Shown: positions 31,601 through 41,228 of the stretch, piece by piece
Numbering within the stretch: position 1 is the stretch's first letter
Layout: each line of letters begins with the position of its first letter
NCBI GenBank assembly: GCA_037445735.1
Contig: JBBIJY010000014.1
Location: 5,175-69,174, forward strand
DNA: 64,000 bases
Reading direction: 5' to 3'
From: Armatimonadota bacterium
GTDB taxonomy: Bacteria; Armatimonadota; Fimbriimonadia; Fimbriimonadales; GBS-DC
The notes under the pieces: model-generated
Databases searched by the model: none
Told to the model about the DNA's origin: nothing
The model's input: the letters and a program-made list of their open reading frames with translations, nothing else
Made by a program: the position numbers and the translations under genes

Positions 31601-31680
31601 CCTGCGACCCGCGCCCGCTTCTTCGCCACCGCGACCGCCTCGCCCGAATGATTGAACGGTTGCAGGCGATTGTGAGCTAA
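28648..31680 (+). CDS. Secreted glycoside hydrolase-like protein (DUF4091/GH123-like) with N-terminal CBM-like domains
   Basis: ARGEYEPVQ; FDEP; WWYVC; GNGDGRLLYP; SIRWECLRDG.EDYEY. Start uncertain. Confidence 0.8.
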   Translation: MNSQRAGSNLRQHARFTWQWGMGLLIGAIAQVQPPPPADWQPGEGQTFTRHEVFIETRSSELPNQPPMLTRFDRIVLGVKGTGNDMSWWRNTRLKLQPNRAYAVEFWLKGSGNGVCAITGTSTVNRDMTPPADWERRQFIFRTPADTRDTFLRFGQWHWNGEVLFDRIVLMPVEIVHAALGEGETVRDGRYRFVSRYDQRLSNAQAPLQRFTAFFNTNRWVFSPNQEVVYRHQAARYTMRSATLWLNVPFEQGGRLSVQAGREDGNWRIVGTISGRGEHRIELPAELFPTPLLFVRLLTQEGGTIQVDRYVLEAELEGAGRATLTGKSLVLFPTVQNRLLTVTDLRLERDGSGQWWLTGTATSAGTQPLRVEPYVGTERAAMLTLPPNKPMPIRFRLPPARLETIQLELGLRRERGRPLWQVKLELEPSILGAAHYGYRLAGTPAELGVWWCEWGWKVGRERPLPDATARAVRLSAARGEYEPVQIVLRPRRDTTLQRVEIGDLTRGKNRLPAKQLTLREVAYVRVEHPTDGLGEPGDYPDPLPPLKTPLRLTAERNQPLWFTVYVPYGTPAGDYRGTLRLITDRGTATIPLQLTVYDFDLPRTPTLRSGFGIDARRIEQYHKPRTEAEKRELWDRYMRCFREHRLVPYSFYAYDPYEVRFEGEGDGRRVVLDFTRFDRAARRYLDEFGFNAFVLPIHGLPGGRHPNYSPGEFGGFREGTPDYERLWSDYLRQLEAHLRERGWLKKAYLYWFDEPETADYAFVRRVNEKIKRVAPGLTRMLTEQPEEALMGAVDLWCPLTAFVHPESIRERRRAGEEIWWYVCTGPRAPYATLFIDHPGTEMRVWLWQTWQYGVQGVLIWQTTWWHNEFAYPDRLQDPWQDPMSYVWDASLKPGTRLFWGNGDGRLLYPPRRDPNRASEPAIEDPIPSIRWECLRDGAEDYEYFALLERLCDALERRGAPAELVQEARSLLQVPPDVSRSLTEFTCDPRPLLRHRDRLARMIERLQAIVS

Positions 31681-31689
31681 GCGTTTTAC

Positions 31690-33156
31690 TCACTCACCCA
31701 GTCGTTTCAGGTTGGCGCGAGCCTCTTCGAAGCGGGCGTCGAGGGCGAGCGCCTGGCGATACATCGTTCTGGCTTTCGCGATGTCGCCTTTGCGTTCATA
31801 GGCGGCGCCGAGGTTATTGAGCGCGACGGGCGATTTCGGGTTCAGGCTCACTGCCTTCTCCAGCGCCCGGATTGCCTCGTTCACACGATTGGTGCGCAAC
31901 AGCACCAGTCCCAGGTTGTTCCAGGCGACATCGGAGCGGTCGTTGATTTGAATCGCGGCGCGATACTGGGCTTCGGCGCCTTTGAGGTCGCCCGATTCCA
32001 TCAGCAGGTCGCCCAGCGCGAGTCGGGCTTCGAACTGCTGGGGGTTCGCCGCCAGCACCTGCCGATAGAGGCGCATCGCCTCCTCTTTCTGACCCTTGAG
32101 CCGTCGGGCAGTTGCCAGATTGAGGCGGGCATCGTTCAGCTTCGGGTTGCGCTCTAAAGCGGTCTCCAGCGTGGCGATGGCGTCGTCGAGCCGTCGCTGG
32201 CGCAGGTAGACGAAGCCGAGCTGCGCCAGCGCGTCGGTGTCGTCGGGGCGCAGGTTCAGCGTGTTCTGCAGGGCGCTCGCCGCGGCGCTCAGGTCGCCCC
32301 GCTGAAGGTACAGCACGCCCAGATTATAGTGCAGATCGGGCTGGCTGGGATTGAGCGATATCGCCTTCTGCAGGGTCTGGATTGCCTTCGGCACCTGGTT
32401 GGTGCGCGTGTAGCACTCGGCGAGTTTGAGCCAGCCCGCCGAATCGCTGGGCAGTTTCGGCATCACACGCTCCAGCTCCGTCGCCGCCTCCTTGAAGCGC
32501 CGGAGTTCCGCCAGTGCCAGCGCGTAGTTATAACGGAAAGTGTGATTGCCCGGCTCCAGCTCAACTGCCTTGCGGTACATCTCCAGCGCACGGCTGGGCA
32601 ACCGCTGCATCTGATACACATAGCCCAGATTGTTATAGGCGTTCGCATCGCGCGGCTGGAGCTTAATCGCCTGCTGATAATGCTGAATCGCCAGCTGGTA
32701 CTGCTTCGTTTTGGTGTACAGGTTGGCAATATTGTAGTGCGCATCGGCGGAGTTCGGCTTGAGTTCCAGCGTCTTTTTATAGGCGTTAATGGCTTTCTCG
32801 ATTTGACCTGTGTGCAGGTAGGCATTCCCGAGGTTGTTCCAGGCTTCCGCGCTGTTAGGAGTCAGTTGCACCGCCTTCTCCAGCACGGGCACCGCTTCGG
32901 CAGGCTTGCCCGCTTTCAAATAGAGGTAACCGAGCCAGTTGGCGACCGTCTTGTTCTGCGGCGCCCGCTGATAGAGCGCTTCAAACGCCTCAATCGCCTC
33001 CTGAATCTTGCCCTGATTGGCTAACTTGATCGCTTCGCCGACGCTGATCTGGTTCTCACGGGTGGCAGACTCCTGCGCGGAACCTGCGAGCGAGAGCGTG
33101 AAGCCACCCATAAGCAATAGAACTGCAACACTCCAACCCCAGACACTGGCTCGCAT
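31690..33156 (-). CDS. Secreted tetratricopeptide repeat protein
   Basis: Signal peptide plus many AWNNLG..A..L.P TPR units. Confidence 0.9.
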   Translation of the reverse strand: MRASVWGWSVAVLLLMGGFTLSLAGSAQESATRENQISVGEAIKLANQGKIQEAIEAFEALYQRAPQNKTVANWLGYLYLKAGKPAEAVPVLEKAVQLTPNSAEAWNNLGNAYLHTGQIEKAINAYKKTLELKPNSADAHYNIANLYTKTKQYQLAIQHYQQAIKLQPRDANAYNNLGYVYQMQRLPSRALEMYRKAVELEPGNHTFRYNYALALAELRRFKEAATELERVMPKLPSDSAGWLKLAECYTRTNQVPKAIQTLQKAISLNPSQPDLHYNLGVLYLQRGDLSAAASALQNTLNLRPDDTDALAQLGFVYLRQRRLDDAIATLETALERNPKLNDARLNLATARRLKGQKEEAMRLYRQVLAANPQQFEARLALGDLLMESGDLKGAEAQYRAAIQINDRSDVAWNNLGLVLLRTNRVNEAIRALEKAVSLNPKSPVALNNLGAAYERKGDIAKARTMYRQALALDARFEEARANLKRLGE

Positions 33157-33217
33157 CTGAAAATCCTCCTGATCCTGTGGTGTTTGGACGGATTGAATTA
33201 TACCCCTGTTCCGAGCG

Positions 33218-34135
33218 TCAGGGATAGACGACGATTTCCTCGCTGGTGTGGCTTCGGGCGCGGGCGAGGTAGCCTGTGCCGTCGGGCGTGCGCTCCCTGT
33301 GCGCCACGATGGACGACACACCTTCGGCGGACACATCGAACAGTTGCCCCACACCCATCGGGTTGACGCCTATCAGTTGAGGATGTCGCTGTGCGGCGGC
33401 GAGCAACCCATTCTCCCACGATTCGCGCTGTTCTCGGGTCCATGGCAGCGGGTTAAAGGAGGGTTGAGTAATGATGGGCACGCCCCGCTTGACCAGTGCG
33501 TCCACCAGCTCGTGGAAGAAGGCGTCGTAGCAGATCAGCACGCCGACTTTGCCAGCGGGGGTCTCAAACGGTTCGAGCTGGTCGCGTGGCGCAGGGCACA
33601 GGTTCAGACCCGCCTCCTGCTCCAGCGGCACAAGGTTCACCTTGCGCTGGATGAGAATCCGTTCGCCCGATGGGTTATACACATAGCAGGTGTTGAACAC
33701 GCAGTCGCCGCTGGCGATGGGCGCACTGCCCGCCACCAGGTAGCAGTGATAGGCGCGCGCCGCTTCCGAAAAGGTTTCGTGATAGACCCGCTCCACAAAG
33801 GGGCTGAGATGCGCCAGCAGTTTACGCACGGCGGTCGCGAAGGCGTTCGGCTGCCGTCCCAGCTCGCGGTCGCTGTAAGGGCTGATGCGGTACTTTTCCA
33901 TCAGGCGGGCGCCCGCCTCCACCATCGTCTTGCTGGTACGCACCCGCTCAAAATCCTGAGTAAACAGCAGTCCCAGCCCCACATCTTCGGGGAAGACCAC
34001 CAGCAACAGCTTCTGCGGCACGCGCTGGCGAGCCGCGCTGGTCAGCTCCAGCACGCGCTTGCGAAATGCCTCCCGACTGCTGTAATCGTCCAGCTTATAC
34101 GCCATCTGAATCGCGGCAAACCCTGTATCGTTCAT
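33218..34135 (-). CDS. Carbon-nitrogen hydrolase (nitrilase family)
   Basis: VFPE, RK, ICYD catalytic triad. Confidence 0.85.
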   Translation of the reverse strand: MNDTGFAAIQMAYKLDDYSSREAFRKRVLELTSAARQRVPQKLLLVVFPEDVGLGLLFTQDFERVRTSKTMVEAGARLMEKYRISPYSDRELGRQPNAFATAVRKLLAHLSPFVERVYHETFSEAARAYHCYLVAGSAPIASGDCVFNTCYVYNPSGERILIQRKVNLVPLEQEAGLNLCPAPRDQLEPFETPAGKVGVLICYDAFFHELVDALVKRGVPIITQPSFNPLPWTREQRESWENGLLAAAQRHPQLIGVNPMGVGQLFDVSAEGVSSIVAHRERTPDGTGYLARARSHTSEEIVVYP

Positions 34136-34154
34136 CCATCGCCTCACTAACATG

Positions 34155-35402
34155 TTATTCTACCTCTGTTGCAGTTGTTTTGCGTTCGCTGGGCGTGCGT
34201 TGCAGGAAACAGAGGATAAAGCGCGTGCCCTTGCCTGGCTCCGTTTCCACATGGATGTGCCCGCCCATCTGCTGGACGATGCCGTGCACGGCAGCCAGCC
34301 CCAGCCCTGTGCCCTGCCCGAACGGCTTGGTGGTGAAAAACGGCTCAAAGATATGGGGCAGCACTTCAGGCGGAATGCCGCTGCCAGTGTCCACCACTTC
34401 CAGAATCACCCGTGCCTGACCGCTGCCGTTGCTGGTGCTGTCGCTTTCGCAGTAGCAGCGCTGACGGCGGTAGAGGCGGATGGTCAGCACGCCGCCTCTG
34501 GGCATCGCATCCCGCGCGTTGGTCACCAGATTGAGCAGCACCTGCGTCATCTGGTCAGGGTCGGCATAGAGCGTGCCCACTTTCGGTTCGATATCGAACA
34601 TCAAGCGGATATTATCGGGCAGCAGTCGCTGGAGCATATCGCTGATTTCGGTCAGCCAGCGGGCGATATCGAGGGGCACCGGCTGCGCGATCTGGCGGCG
34701 GGCATAAGCCAGCAGCTGGCGCACCAGCCCGGCAGCGCGCTCGCTCGCTTTCATCACCCCTTCCAGATAGCGGCGCACGCGCTCGTCGCTCGTGTGCTCC
34801 AGCGCCAGCTCCGCATAGCCCATAATCGCCGTGAGCAGATTATTGAAATCGTGCGCCACACCGCCCGCCAGCCGCCCGATGCTCTCCAGCCGCTGAACCG
34901 CTGCCAGCTCCTCCTGAAGGCGTCGCAGCTCGGTGATGTCCGTCTGCACGCCCCACGCCCGCACGAGATACCCGTTTTCGACCACGCCCACCGCGCTATT
35001 CAGAAACCGTCGCTCCCTGCCGTCCCGATCCCGCTCCACGGTCTCCACATTCTCCAGGCGATAACCGTTCTGCACGAACTGGCGTAGCATCGCCTCATTC
35101 AGCGGATGCCCTGCCACCAGGCGGTCGCTCAGGCGCGTGCCGATAATCGGGGCTGGATCATCATAGCCATACATGCGGGCATAGGCGGGATTACATTCTG
35201 CCAGATAGCCGTAGCGCCAGATCCACTCTATCTGTTCCTCCACTGGCAGGTCAATCGGGATGGGGCGTTCGGTTTCATAGCACCAGATGCCCTCATTTGC
35301 CAGCAGCAGGAAGGTGCGGTATCGCGCCACCTGCTGCTCCAGCTCCGCAATGCGGGCAAGCAGTTGTTGCCGCTCCACTTGCTGCTTCCGCTGAGAGCGC
35401 AT
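34155..35402 (-). CDS. PAS-domain sensor histidine kinase
   Basis: GRLAGGVAHDFNNLL; NLVTNARDA; DTGSG; FFTTK; GTGLGL. Confidence 0.92.
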   Translation of the reverse strand: MRSQRKQQVERQQLLARIAELEQQVARYRTFLLLANEGIWCYETERPIPIDLPVEEQIEWIWRYGYLAECNPAYARMYGYDDPAPIIGTRLSDRLVAGHPLNEAMLRQFVQNGYRLENVETVERDRDGRERRFLNSAVGVVENGYLVRAWGVQTDITELRRLQEELAAVQRLESIGRLAGGVAHDFNNLLTAIMGYAELALEHTSDERVRRYLEGVMKASERAAGLVRQLLAYARRQIAQPVPLDIARWLTEISDMLQRLLPDNIRLMFDIEPKVGTLYADPDQMTQVLLNLVTNARDAMPRGGVLTIRLYRRQRCYCESDSTSNGSGQARVILEVVDTGSGIPPEVLPHIFEPFFTTKPFGQGTGLGLAAVHGIVQQMGGHIHVETEPGKGTRFILCFLQRTPSERKTTATEVE

Positions 35403-35460
35403 GGCTGTGCCTGAAGAGTTAGATTCGCGTTTTCGCCTGAAGTTCCTGCCCTGACGCGGA

Positions 35461-37404
35461 CTATCGCCAGCCATACACGAACGCAGCAATCAGCAGCAGG
35501 CACGCACCCAGCATCATCACGAGCGCATACATGCGCACGGAACCACTCTGCAACCGCCGCACCATGCCGCCCATCGCGCGTGTCAGCCCCCCGGCTAAAT
35601 TGACCAGCCCATCAATCAGCCCCTCGACAAGGGTGCTGATAACCCATGCCCATGCGCCACCGAACTGGACGCCCAGCCAGCGCATCGCGCCGTCATAGCC
35701 CCACTGCCGATACAGCACGCCCCACAGCCCCTGCAACTGCGCCTCCTTTGCGGGCATGCCCGACCGATAGCGCGCGATGCCCAGCGCCAGCCCCAGGAAT
35801 GCCGCCAGCAGCGCAGATGCCAGCACCAGCGTCTTGCCGCTCTCACCCGCATCCTGCGCGAAGGCACTGGTCGGCTCCGCCGACGGCTTCAAAAACTCAT
35901 GAATCGCATGCTCGCCTGGCAGCAGCCAGCCGAACAGCAACGAACCTGCCGCCAGCACAATCAGCACGCCCAGCACCACCCGGTATCGCTCCCGCTCCGG
36001 CGGATGGTGCTGAATCTTAGCGGTCGGTGGCGCAAAAAAGACCAGCCACACCAGCCGCGTCATGTAGAGCGCGGTCAGAAACGCCGTACCGATGCCGATC
36101 CAGAACAGCGCAGGCGCGCCGCCCCGATACGCGCTCAACAGAATCGCCTCTTTCGACCAGTAGCCCGAAAAGGGCGGAAAGCCGCTGATTGCCAGCAAGC
36201 CGACCACCATCGTTGCAGCCGTCAGGGGCAGGTAGCGGCGCAGACCGCCCATCTCCCGAATATCGCCCCGATGATGGAGCGCGATCAGCACCGACCCTGC
36301 GCCCAGAAAGAGCAGCGCCTTGAAAAACGCATGCGTCGCCACATGGAACATCCCGACCCAGAACGCGCCCATCCCACACGCCAGAAACATATAGCCCAGC
36401 TGGCTGACGGTGGAGAACGCCAGCACGCGCTTGATGTCGGTCTGACCCAGCGCGACGCTGGCAGCAAAAATCGCCGTGAACGCGCCCACCAATGCGACCA
36501 TTAGCATCGCAGCGGGCGCAAGCACAAACAGCGGATGCACCCGCGTGAGCAGATAGACGCCCGCCGTGACCATCGTCGCCGCGTGAATCAGCGCGGAGAC
36601 GGGCGTCGGACCCGCCATCGCGTCAGGGAGCCAGAAATAGAGCGGCAACTGCGCCGATTTGCCCGTCGCCGCCAGAAACAGCAGCAGCGCCACCGTCGTC
36701 GCCAGCCCCGTGCCCACGCCCAGCACCGCCTCCGCCCGCGCGTTCACCTGCTCAAACGACAGCGTGCCAAACTGCACCGCAATCATAAACATCGCCAGCA
36801 GAAAGCCCAGATCACCAATACGGTTCACAATAAACGCCTTGTTCGCCGAATCGGTGTTGTATTTCCAGTCCGCGTTCCGATAAAAGTAGCCAATCAGCAG
36901 GTAGCTGCACAGCCCCACGCCCTCCCAGCCGATGAACATCACCAGAAAGTTGCCCGCCAGCACCAGCACCAGCATAAAGAAGATGAACAGGTTGAAATAG
37001 GTGAAAAAGCGCGGATAATCTTCGTCCTCTGCCATGTAGCCCGTCGCGTAAAGGTGGATCAGCCCGCCGATGCCGGACACAATCAGGCACATCAGCACCG
37101 AAAGCGGGTCAATAACGAACTCGAACGGAACCCTGAGCTGTCCGACGGTGAGCCAGTCGGCAAGGGTGTGGATGGCTTTGCGCGATTCTTCGGGCAGCTT
37201 CAGGAGCGCCTGCAGAAGTTGCAGGCTGAACCCGAAGGCGGCGAACACCACGCCCGTGCCGACTGCGCCCACCAGCCATTTGCCGGCGCGGGCGCCCAGC
37301 CAGCGGATGAGCGCCCCGCCGAACAGTGCGTGGAACAGAAAGCCTGCAAATGGCAGACCCAGAATCAGCAGAACCTTCTCCGTCGGTAGTAGATGGGTCT
37401 CCAT
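35461..37404 (-). CDS. nuoL: NADH-quinone oxidoreductase subunit L
   Basis: GWEGVGLCSYLLIG; KAFIVNRIGD; GKSAQLPL.WLPDAMAGPTPVSALIHAATMV. Confidence 0.95.
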   Translation of the reverse strand: METHLLPTEKVLLILGLPFAGFLFHALFGGALIRWLGARAGKWLVGAVGTGVVFAAFGFSLQLLQALLKLPEESRKAIHTLADWLTVGQLRVPFEFVIDPLSVLMCLIVSGIGGLIHLYATGYMAEDEDYPRFFTYFNLFIFFMLVLVLAGNFLVMFIGWEGVGLCSYLLIGYFYRNADWKYNTDSANKAFIVNRIGDLGFLLAMFMIAVQFGTLSFEQVNARAEAVLGVGTGLATTVALLLFLAATGKSAQLPLYFWLPDAMAGPTPVSALIHAATMVTAGVYLLTRVHPLFVLAPAAMLMVALVGAFTAIFAASVALGQTDIKRVLAFSTVSQLGYMFLACGMGAFWVGMFHVATHAFFKALLFLGAGSVLIALHHRGDIREMGGLRRYLPLTAATMVVGLLAISGFPPFSGYWSKEAILLSAYRGGAPALFWIGIGTAFLTALYMTRLVWLVFFAPPTAKIQHHPPERERYRVVLGVLIVLAAGSLLFGWLLPGEHAIHEFLKPSAEPTSAFAQDAGESGKTLVLASALLAAFLGLALGIARYRSGMPAKEAQLQGLWGVLYRQWGYDGAMRWLGVQFGGAWAWVISTLVEGLIDGLVNLAGGLTRAMGGMVRRLQSGSVRMYALVMMLGACLLLIAAFVYGWR

Positions 37405-37424
37405 CGCTCACGCCTCAGCTCGAC

Positions 37425-38525
37425 TCACGGCTTCTGTTGCGCCCGGCGGAACCTGGCGAGTCGTTCCTCGATCTCGCGCTTGAGTTCATCGGGTATACCG
37501 CTCTGCTCCTTCAGCAGGGCGACCGCCTTCTCCTGATAGCGAATCGCCTCCTCCACTTTGCCCTGCTTGAACAGCGCGTAGGCGAGCGTGTCCAGAATGA
37601 ACGGGTCCTTCTCGTTCGTCAGTTGCACGGCGCGTCGGGCGATTTCGACGGCGAGCGCGTAGTCGGGCGACTTGAGCGGTCGCTCGGTGTTGTCCTCCAC
37701 GATGCTCCACGCCAGCATGTTGAGCGCGCCGGGATTGTTTTTGAACTCGCTGTTTGCCAGCTGACGCGCCAGCGCATAGGCTTTCGGCTCATCCACATAG
37801 AGCAGAATCTCGTAGCGTGTCAGCATGAATGTTGTTTTGTAGGCGGGGTAGCGCTTTTCAGCTTGCTGGAGCGTCTTCAGCGCGTCGGCGTACTTCTTCT
37901 GCTGGCGCAGGGTTTGCACGCGCCGCATGAGTTGACCCACCGCGGCTTCATCGCGCTCGCGTGCCTGGCGCTCCTTCGCAACCTGTTGCCAGTTGAACCT
38001 GCCTGCGAGCACCTGCTCCAGTACCTGCTCCAGCTCCGCCATCGGGTGCCCAATCCACACGATGCGCCCGCGCTGGTCGATGACAAATGCGGTGGGGATG
38101 CCGTTCTGACCGGCGGCGGTCATCCACGCCTTTGCCACCGTGCCCTGAGGGTCATCCACCGCGACGGTGTAGTCCATCTTCTCGCCCATCTCGCGCACGA
38201 ACTGCTCCACGCGCGGGATGTAATCATCGCTGGTGCTGCCCCGTGGGTTCTCCCAGATGCTGACGCCCACAAAGGTTACCTTGCCCGCGAACTTTCTGGC
38301 GAGTTCCGTCAGGTGCGGGATCGACTGCCGACAGGGACCGCACCAGGTCGCCCAGAACTCGACCACATAGACCCTGCCAGGTTCGAATTGCTGTACCGGG
38401 TCGCCCTTGATCCAGCGGGCAACTTTGAGCGGGGGCGCCTTATCGCCCTCTTTGAGCGTTGCCTGCGCCCACAGCGCGGGCATCAGGCACAGCAGCAGAC
38501 CGAGACTCCACCCGAGATGTCGCAT
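37425..38525 (-). CDS. TlpA/redoxin thiol-disulfide oxidoreductase with TPR-like tail
   Basis: Signal peptide; FWATWCGPC; GIPT; LDTLAYAL. Confidence 0.88.
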   Translation of the reverse strand: MRHLGWSLGLLLCLMPALWAQATLKEGDKAPPLKVARWIKGDPVQQFEPGRVYVVEFWATWCGPCRQSIPHLTELARKFAGKVTFVGVSIWENPRGSTSDDYIPRVEQFVREMGEKMDYTVAVDDPQGTVAKAWMTAAGQNGIPTAFVIDQRGRIVWIGHPMAELEQVLEQVLAGRFNWQQVAKERQARERDEAAVGQLMRRVQTLRQQKKYADALKTLQQAEKRYPAYKTTFMLTRYEILLYVDEPKAYALARQLANSEFKNNPGALNMLAWSIVEDNTERPLKSPDYALAVEIARRAVQLTNEKDPFILDTLAYALFKQGKVEEAIRYQEKAVALLKEQSGIPDELKREIEERLARFRRAQQKP

Positions 38526-38546
38526 CGGTTCACCTCCACGCTTTCA

Positions 38547-39443
38547 CTATACCCGACGATGCCGCTCCAGAAACGCCTGCAGGGCGGTGATGTCGCCCTG
38601 CTGAAGCCATTCGTGGATTTGTTGCAGGTGTGTTTGCAGGCGTTGCAGGAGGGGCGACAGCGCGTCGCGATTGAGCATCAGTAGTTCCGCCCAGAGCGCG
38701 GGGTCACTGCCAGCCACGCGCGTGGCGTCGCGCCAGCTGCTACCGCCCGACAGCTGAGAGGGATTCTCGTTTTGCAACGCCATCAGGCTGAACGCGATGC
38801 AATGGGGCAGGAAGCTGAGCAACGCGAACTCGCGATCGTGCTGTTGGGCGTCCATCCGCATGGGGTTTGCCCTCAGCTGGCGCACGAACGCTTCCACCTG
38901 CTGGAGGGCGTCGGCGTCGGTGCGCGGGATGGGCGTCAGCACCCATATGGCGTCTTTGAACAGGTCAGCTCGCGCGGCGTGCAACCCGCTCCGCTCCGTG
39001 CCTGCAATCGGATGCCCGCCCACAAATCGTTCTGGATAAGGCAGGCTCGCCTGCGCCCACGCCAGCACGGGCGCTTTCACGCTCGCCACATCGGTCAGCA
39101 CAGTGGCGGGTTTCAGATGGGGCGCCAGCGCCTGAAAGCAATCGGGCATCGCGCCAGGCGGGGTCGCCAGCACAATCAGGTCGGCATCGGCGCACGCCTG
39201 AAGCGCGTTGCAGGGACGGTCAATCACGCCCTGCGCCTGCGCGGCGGCGAGCGTGTCGGGGTCGATATCGTAGCCGCTTACTTCTAACCCCTCATCGGAA
39301 CCGTTGCCTTCCCTCTCACCCGTACCCTCTCCCCCAAAGGGGGAGAGGGCTTTCTGAACCCTCTCACCCCAGAGGGGGTTGGCTTTTGCAGCCAGTCCGA
39401 TGGAGGCGCCGATGCTGCCCAGCCCGATAATGCACAGGCGCAT
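38547..39443 (-). CDS. tyrA: Prephenate/arogenate dehydrogenase (with REP-derived insertion)
   Basis: GLGSIG; DVASVK; GGHPIAGTE; HD..S.LPH; RDATRVA. Confidence 0.9.
   Translation of the reverse strand: MRLCIIGLGSIGASIGLAAKANPLWGERVQKALSPFGGEGTGEREGNGSDEGLEVSGYDIDPDTLAAAQAQGVIDRPCNALQACADADLIVLATPPGAMPDCFQALAPHLKPATVLTDVASVKAPVLAWAQASLPYPERFVGGHPIAGTERSGLHAARADLFKDAIWVLTPIPRTDADALQQVEAFVRQLRANPMRMDAQQHDREFALLSFLPHCIAFSLMALQNENPSQLSGGSSWRDATRVAGSDPALWAELLMLNRDALSPLLQRLQTHLQQIHEWLQQGDITALQAFLERHRRV
39290..39380. repeat. REP-like palindrome in-frame within tyrA
   Basis: CTCACCCGTACCCTCTCCCCCAAAGGGGGAGAGGG plus a degenerate second hairpin. Confidence 0.8.
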
Positions 39444-39446
39444 TTT

Positions 39447-40403
39447 TCAGCGGATGTTCTGGTACACACCCATCTGGCGGAATCGCTGGTAGCGTTGCTC
39501 GCGCAGGGCATCGGGCGAGAGCGCGCTCAATTCGTCCAGCTGCTGGAGCACGGCGGTGCGAACGCTGAGCGCGGTGGTCTGCGGGTCGCGATGGGCGGCG
39601 CCGAGCGGTTCGGGAATAATCAGATCGATCAATCCCATCTGCAGGGCGTCTTCGGCGGTCAGGCGCAGCGCTTCGGCTGCCTGCGCCGCGCGGTTCGGGT
39701 CGCGCCACAGGATGGCTGCGCAGCCTTCGGGCGGAATCACCGAGTAGATGGCGTGTTCCAGCATCAGCACGCGATTGGTCGCCGCCAGCGCGATTGCGCC
39801 GCCGCTGCCCCCCTCGCCCAGAATGACCGACACGGTGGGCACGGTGAGATCGAACAGCGTCAGCATCGAGCGGGCAATCGCCTCGCTGATGCCCCGCGCC
39901 TCCGATTCGACGCCCGGATCGGCAGCGGGCGTATCGACCAGCGTCAGCACGGGCAGGCGGAACTTCTCGGCGAGCTGGAACATCCGCATCGCCTTGCGGT
40001 AGCCTTCGGGCTTTGCCATGCCGAAGTTGCGCCGCTGGCGCTCCTTCAGGTCGCGCCCCTTCTGCTGACCCACCACAACCAGCCGATAGCGTCCCAGCCG
40101 CGCCAGCCCCGCCACAATCGCAGGGTCATCAAAGCCCAGACGGTCGCCATGCAGCTCCAGAAATTGCTCACACATCAATCGGATATAGTCCATCGCATAC
40201 GGTCGTTTGGGATGGCGGGCCAGCAGCACCTTGTCCCACGGCTTCAGGTGCGCGAAAATCTGGCGCAGGAGCCGTTCACGCTGGCTTTCCAGCTCGGCAA
40301 TCTCTTTCGAGCGGTCCAGCCCCTTCTCGGCTGCCAGCCGCCGCAGCTCCTCGATGGCGTTCTCCAGCTCGGTGATGGGCTTCTCAAAATCGAAGATGGT
40401 CAT
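39447..40403 (-). CDS. accA: Acetyl-CoA carboxylase carboxyltransferase alpha
   Basis: DFEKPI.EL; ARHPKRP; RNFGMAKPEGYRKA; GEGGSGGA; PEGCAAILW. Confidence 0.97.
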   Translation of the reverse strand: MTIFDFEKPITELENAIEELRRLAAEKGLDRSKEIAELESQRERLLRQIFAHLKPWDKVLLARHPKRPYAMDYIRLMCEQFLELHGDRLGFDDPAIVAGLARLGRYRLVVVGQQKGRDLKERQRRNFGMAKPEGYRKAMRMFQLAEKFRLPVLTLVDTPAADPGVESEARGISEAIARSMLTLFDLTVPTVSVILGEGGSGGAIALAATNRVLMLEHAIYSVIPPEGCAAILWRDPNRAAQAAEALRLTAEDALQMGLIDLIIPEPLGAAHRDPQTTALSVRTAVLQQLDELSALSPDALREQRYQRFRQMGVYQNIR

Positions 40404-41218
40404 GGTCGCCCTCCCGCGTCGCTCTGGAGCATTTCCAGCAGGTAGATGAGCGTGGGGCGCACCTGACGGCGCGGCACGATGAGGTCGATCATGCCATGTT
40501 CGTGCTGGAACTCGGCGGTCTGGAAGTTCGCGGGCGTTTTGCCGACGCTGGCTTGCGCGGCGACCCGCTGACCGGCGAAGCCGACCAGTGCGCCCGGCTC
40601 GGCGAGAATCACATCGGCAAGCGAGGCGAAGCTGGCTAACACGCCCGCCATCGTCGGATCGGTGAACACCGCCAGGTAGGGCAGTCCTGCACGATGGTGG
40701 CGGGCGACGGCAGCGGTGGTTTTCGCCATCTGCATCAATGAAATCAGCCCTTCCTGCATGCGCGCCCCGCCCGATGCGCAGAACATCAGCACGGGGCACC
40801 GCTCATCAACCGCGCGTTCGAAGCAGCGCACCACCTTCTCGCCCACCACTGACCCCATGCTGCCACCCATGAAGGCGAAATCCATCACGCCCAGCACGAC
40901 GGGCAGGCCGCCAATCTGCGCTGTGCCCGTGACGATAGCCTCCTGCTCGCCCGTCGCCTGCCGCCCTTTTGCTAACTTGTCGGGATAGTCGGGAAAGGCG
41001 AGCGGGTCGTTGGAAATGAGTTCGGCATCCATCTCCACGAAGCTGTCGGGGTCCACCGTGATGGCGATTCGCTCGCGGGCGCGCAGGCGGTGATGATGCC
41101 CGCAGTGGCTGCAGACCCGCAGCGCGCGCTCAAAGTCGTTTTTAAAAAGAATCTTTTTGCATCTGGCGCACTGCACCCACTGCTCCGCGTTGATCTGCAC
41201 AGCCGCTCGCCGTTGCAT
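40400..41218 (-). CDS. accD: Acetyl-CoA carboxylase carboxyltransferase beta
   Basis: CARC..CSHC zinc ribbon; FMGGSMGSVVGEK; SGGARMQEG; FQTAEF. Confidence 0.97.
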   Translation of the reverse strand: MQRRAAVQINAEQWVQCARCKKILFKNDFERALRVCSHCGHHHRLRARERIAITVDPDSFVEMDAELISNDPLAFPDYPDKLAKGRQATGEQEAIVTGTAQIGGLPVVLGVMDFAFMGGSMGSVVGEKVVRCFERAVDERCPVLMFCASGGARMQEGLISLMQMAKTTAAVARHHRAGLPYLAVFTDPTMAGVLASFASLADVILAEPGALVGFAGQRVAAQASVGKTPANFQTAEFQHEHGMIDLIVPRRQVRPTLIYLLEMLQSDAGGRP

Positions 41219-41228
41219 GGCGGTGATT

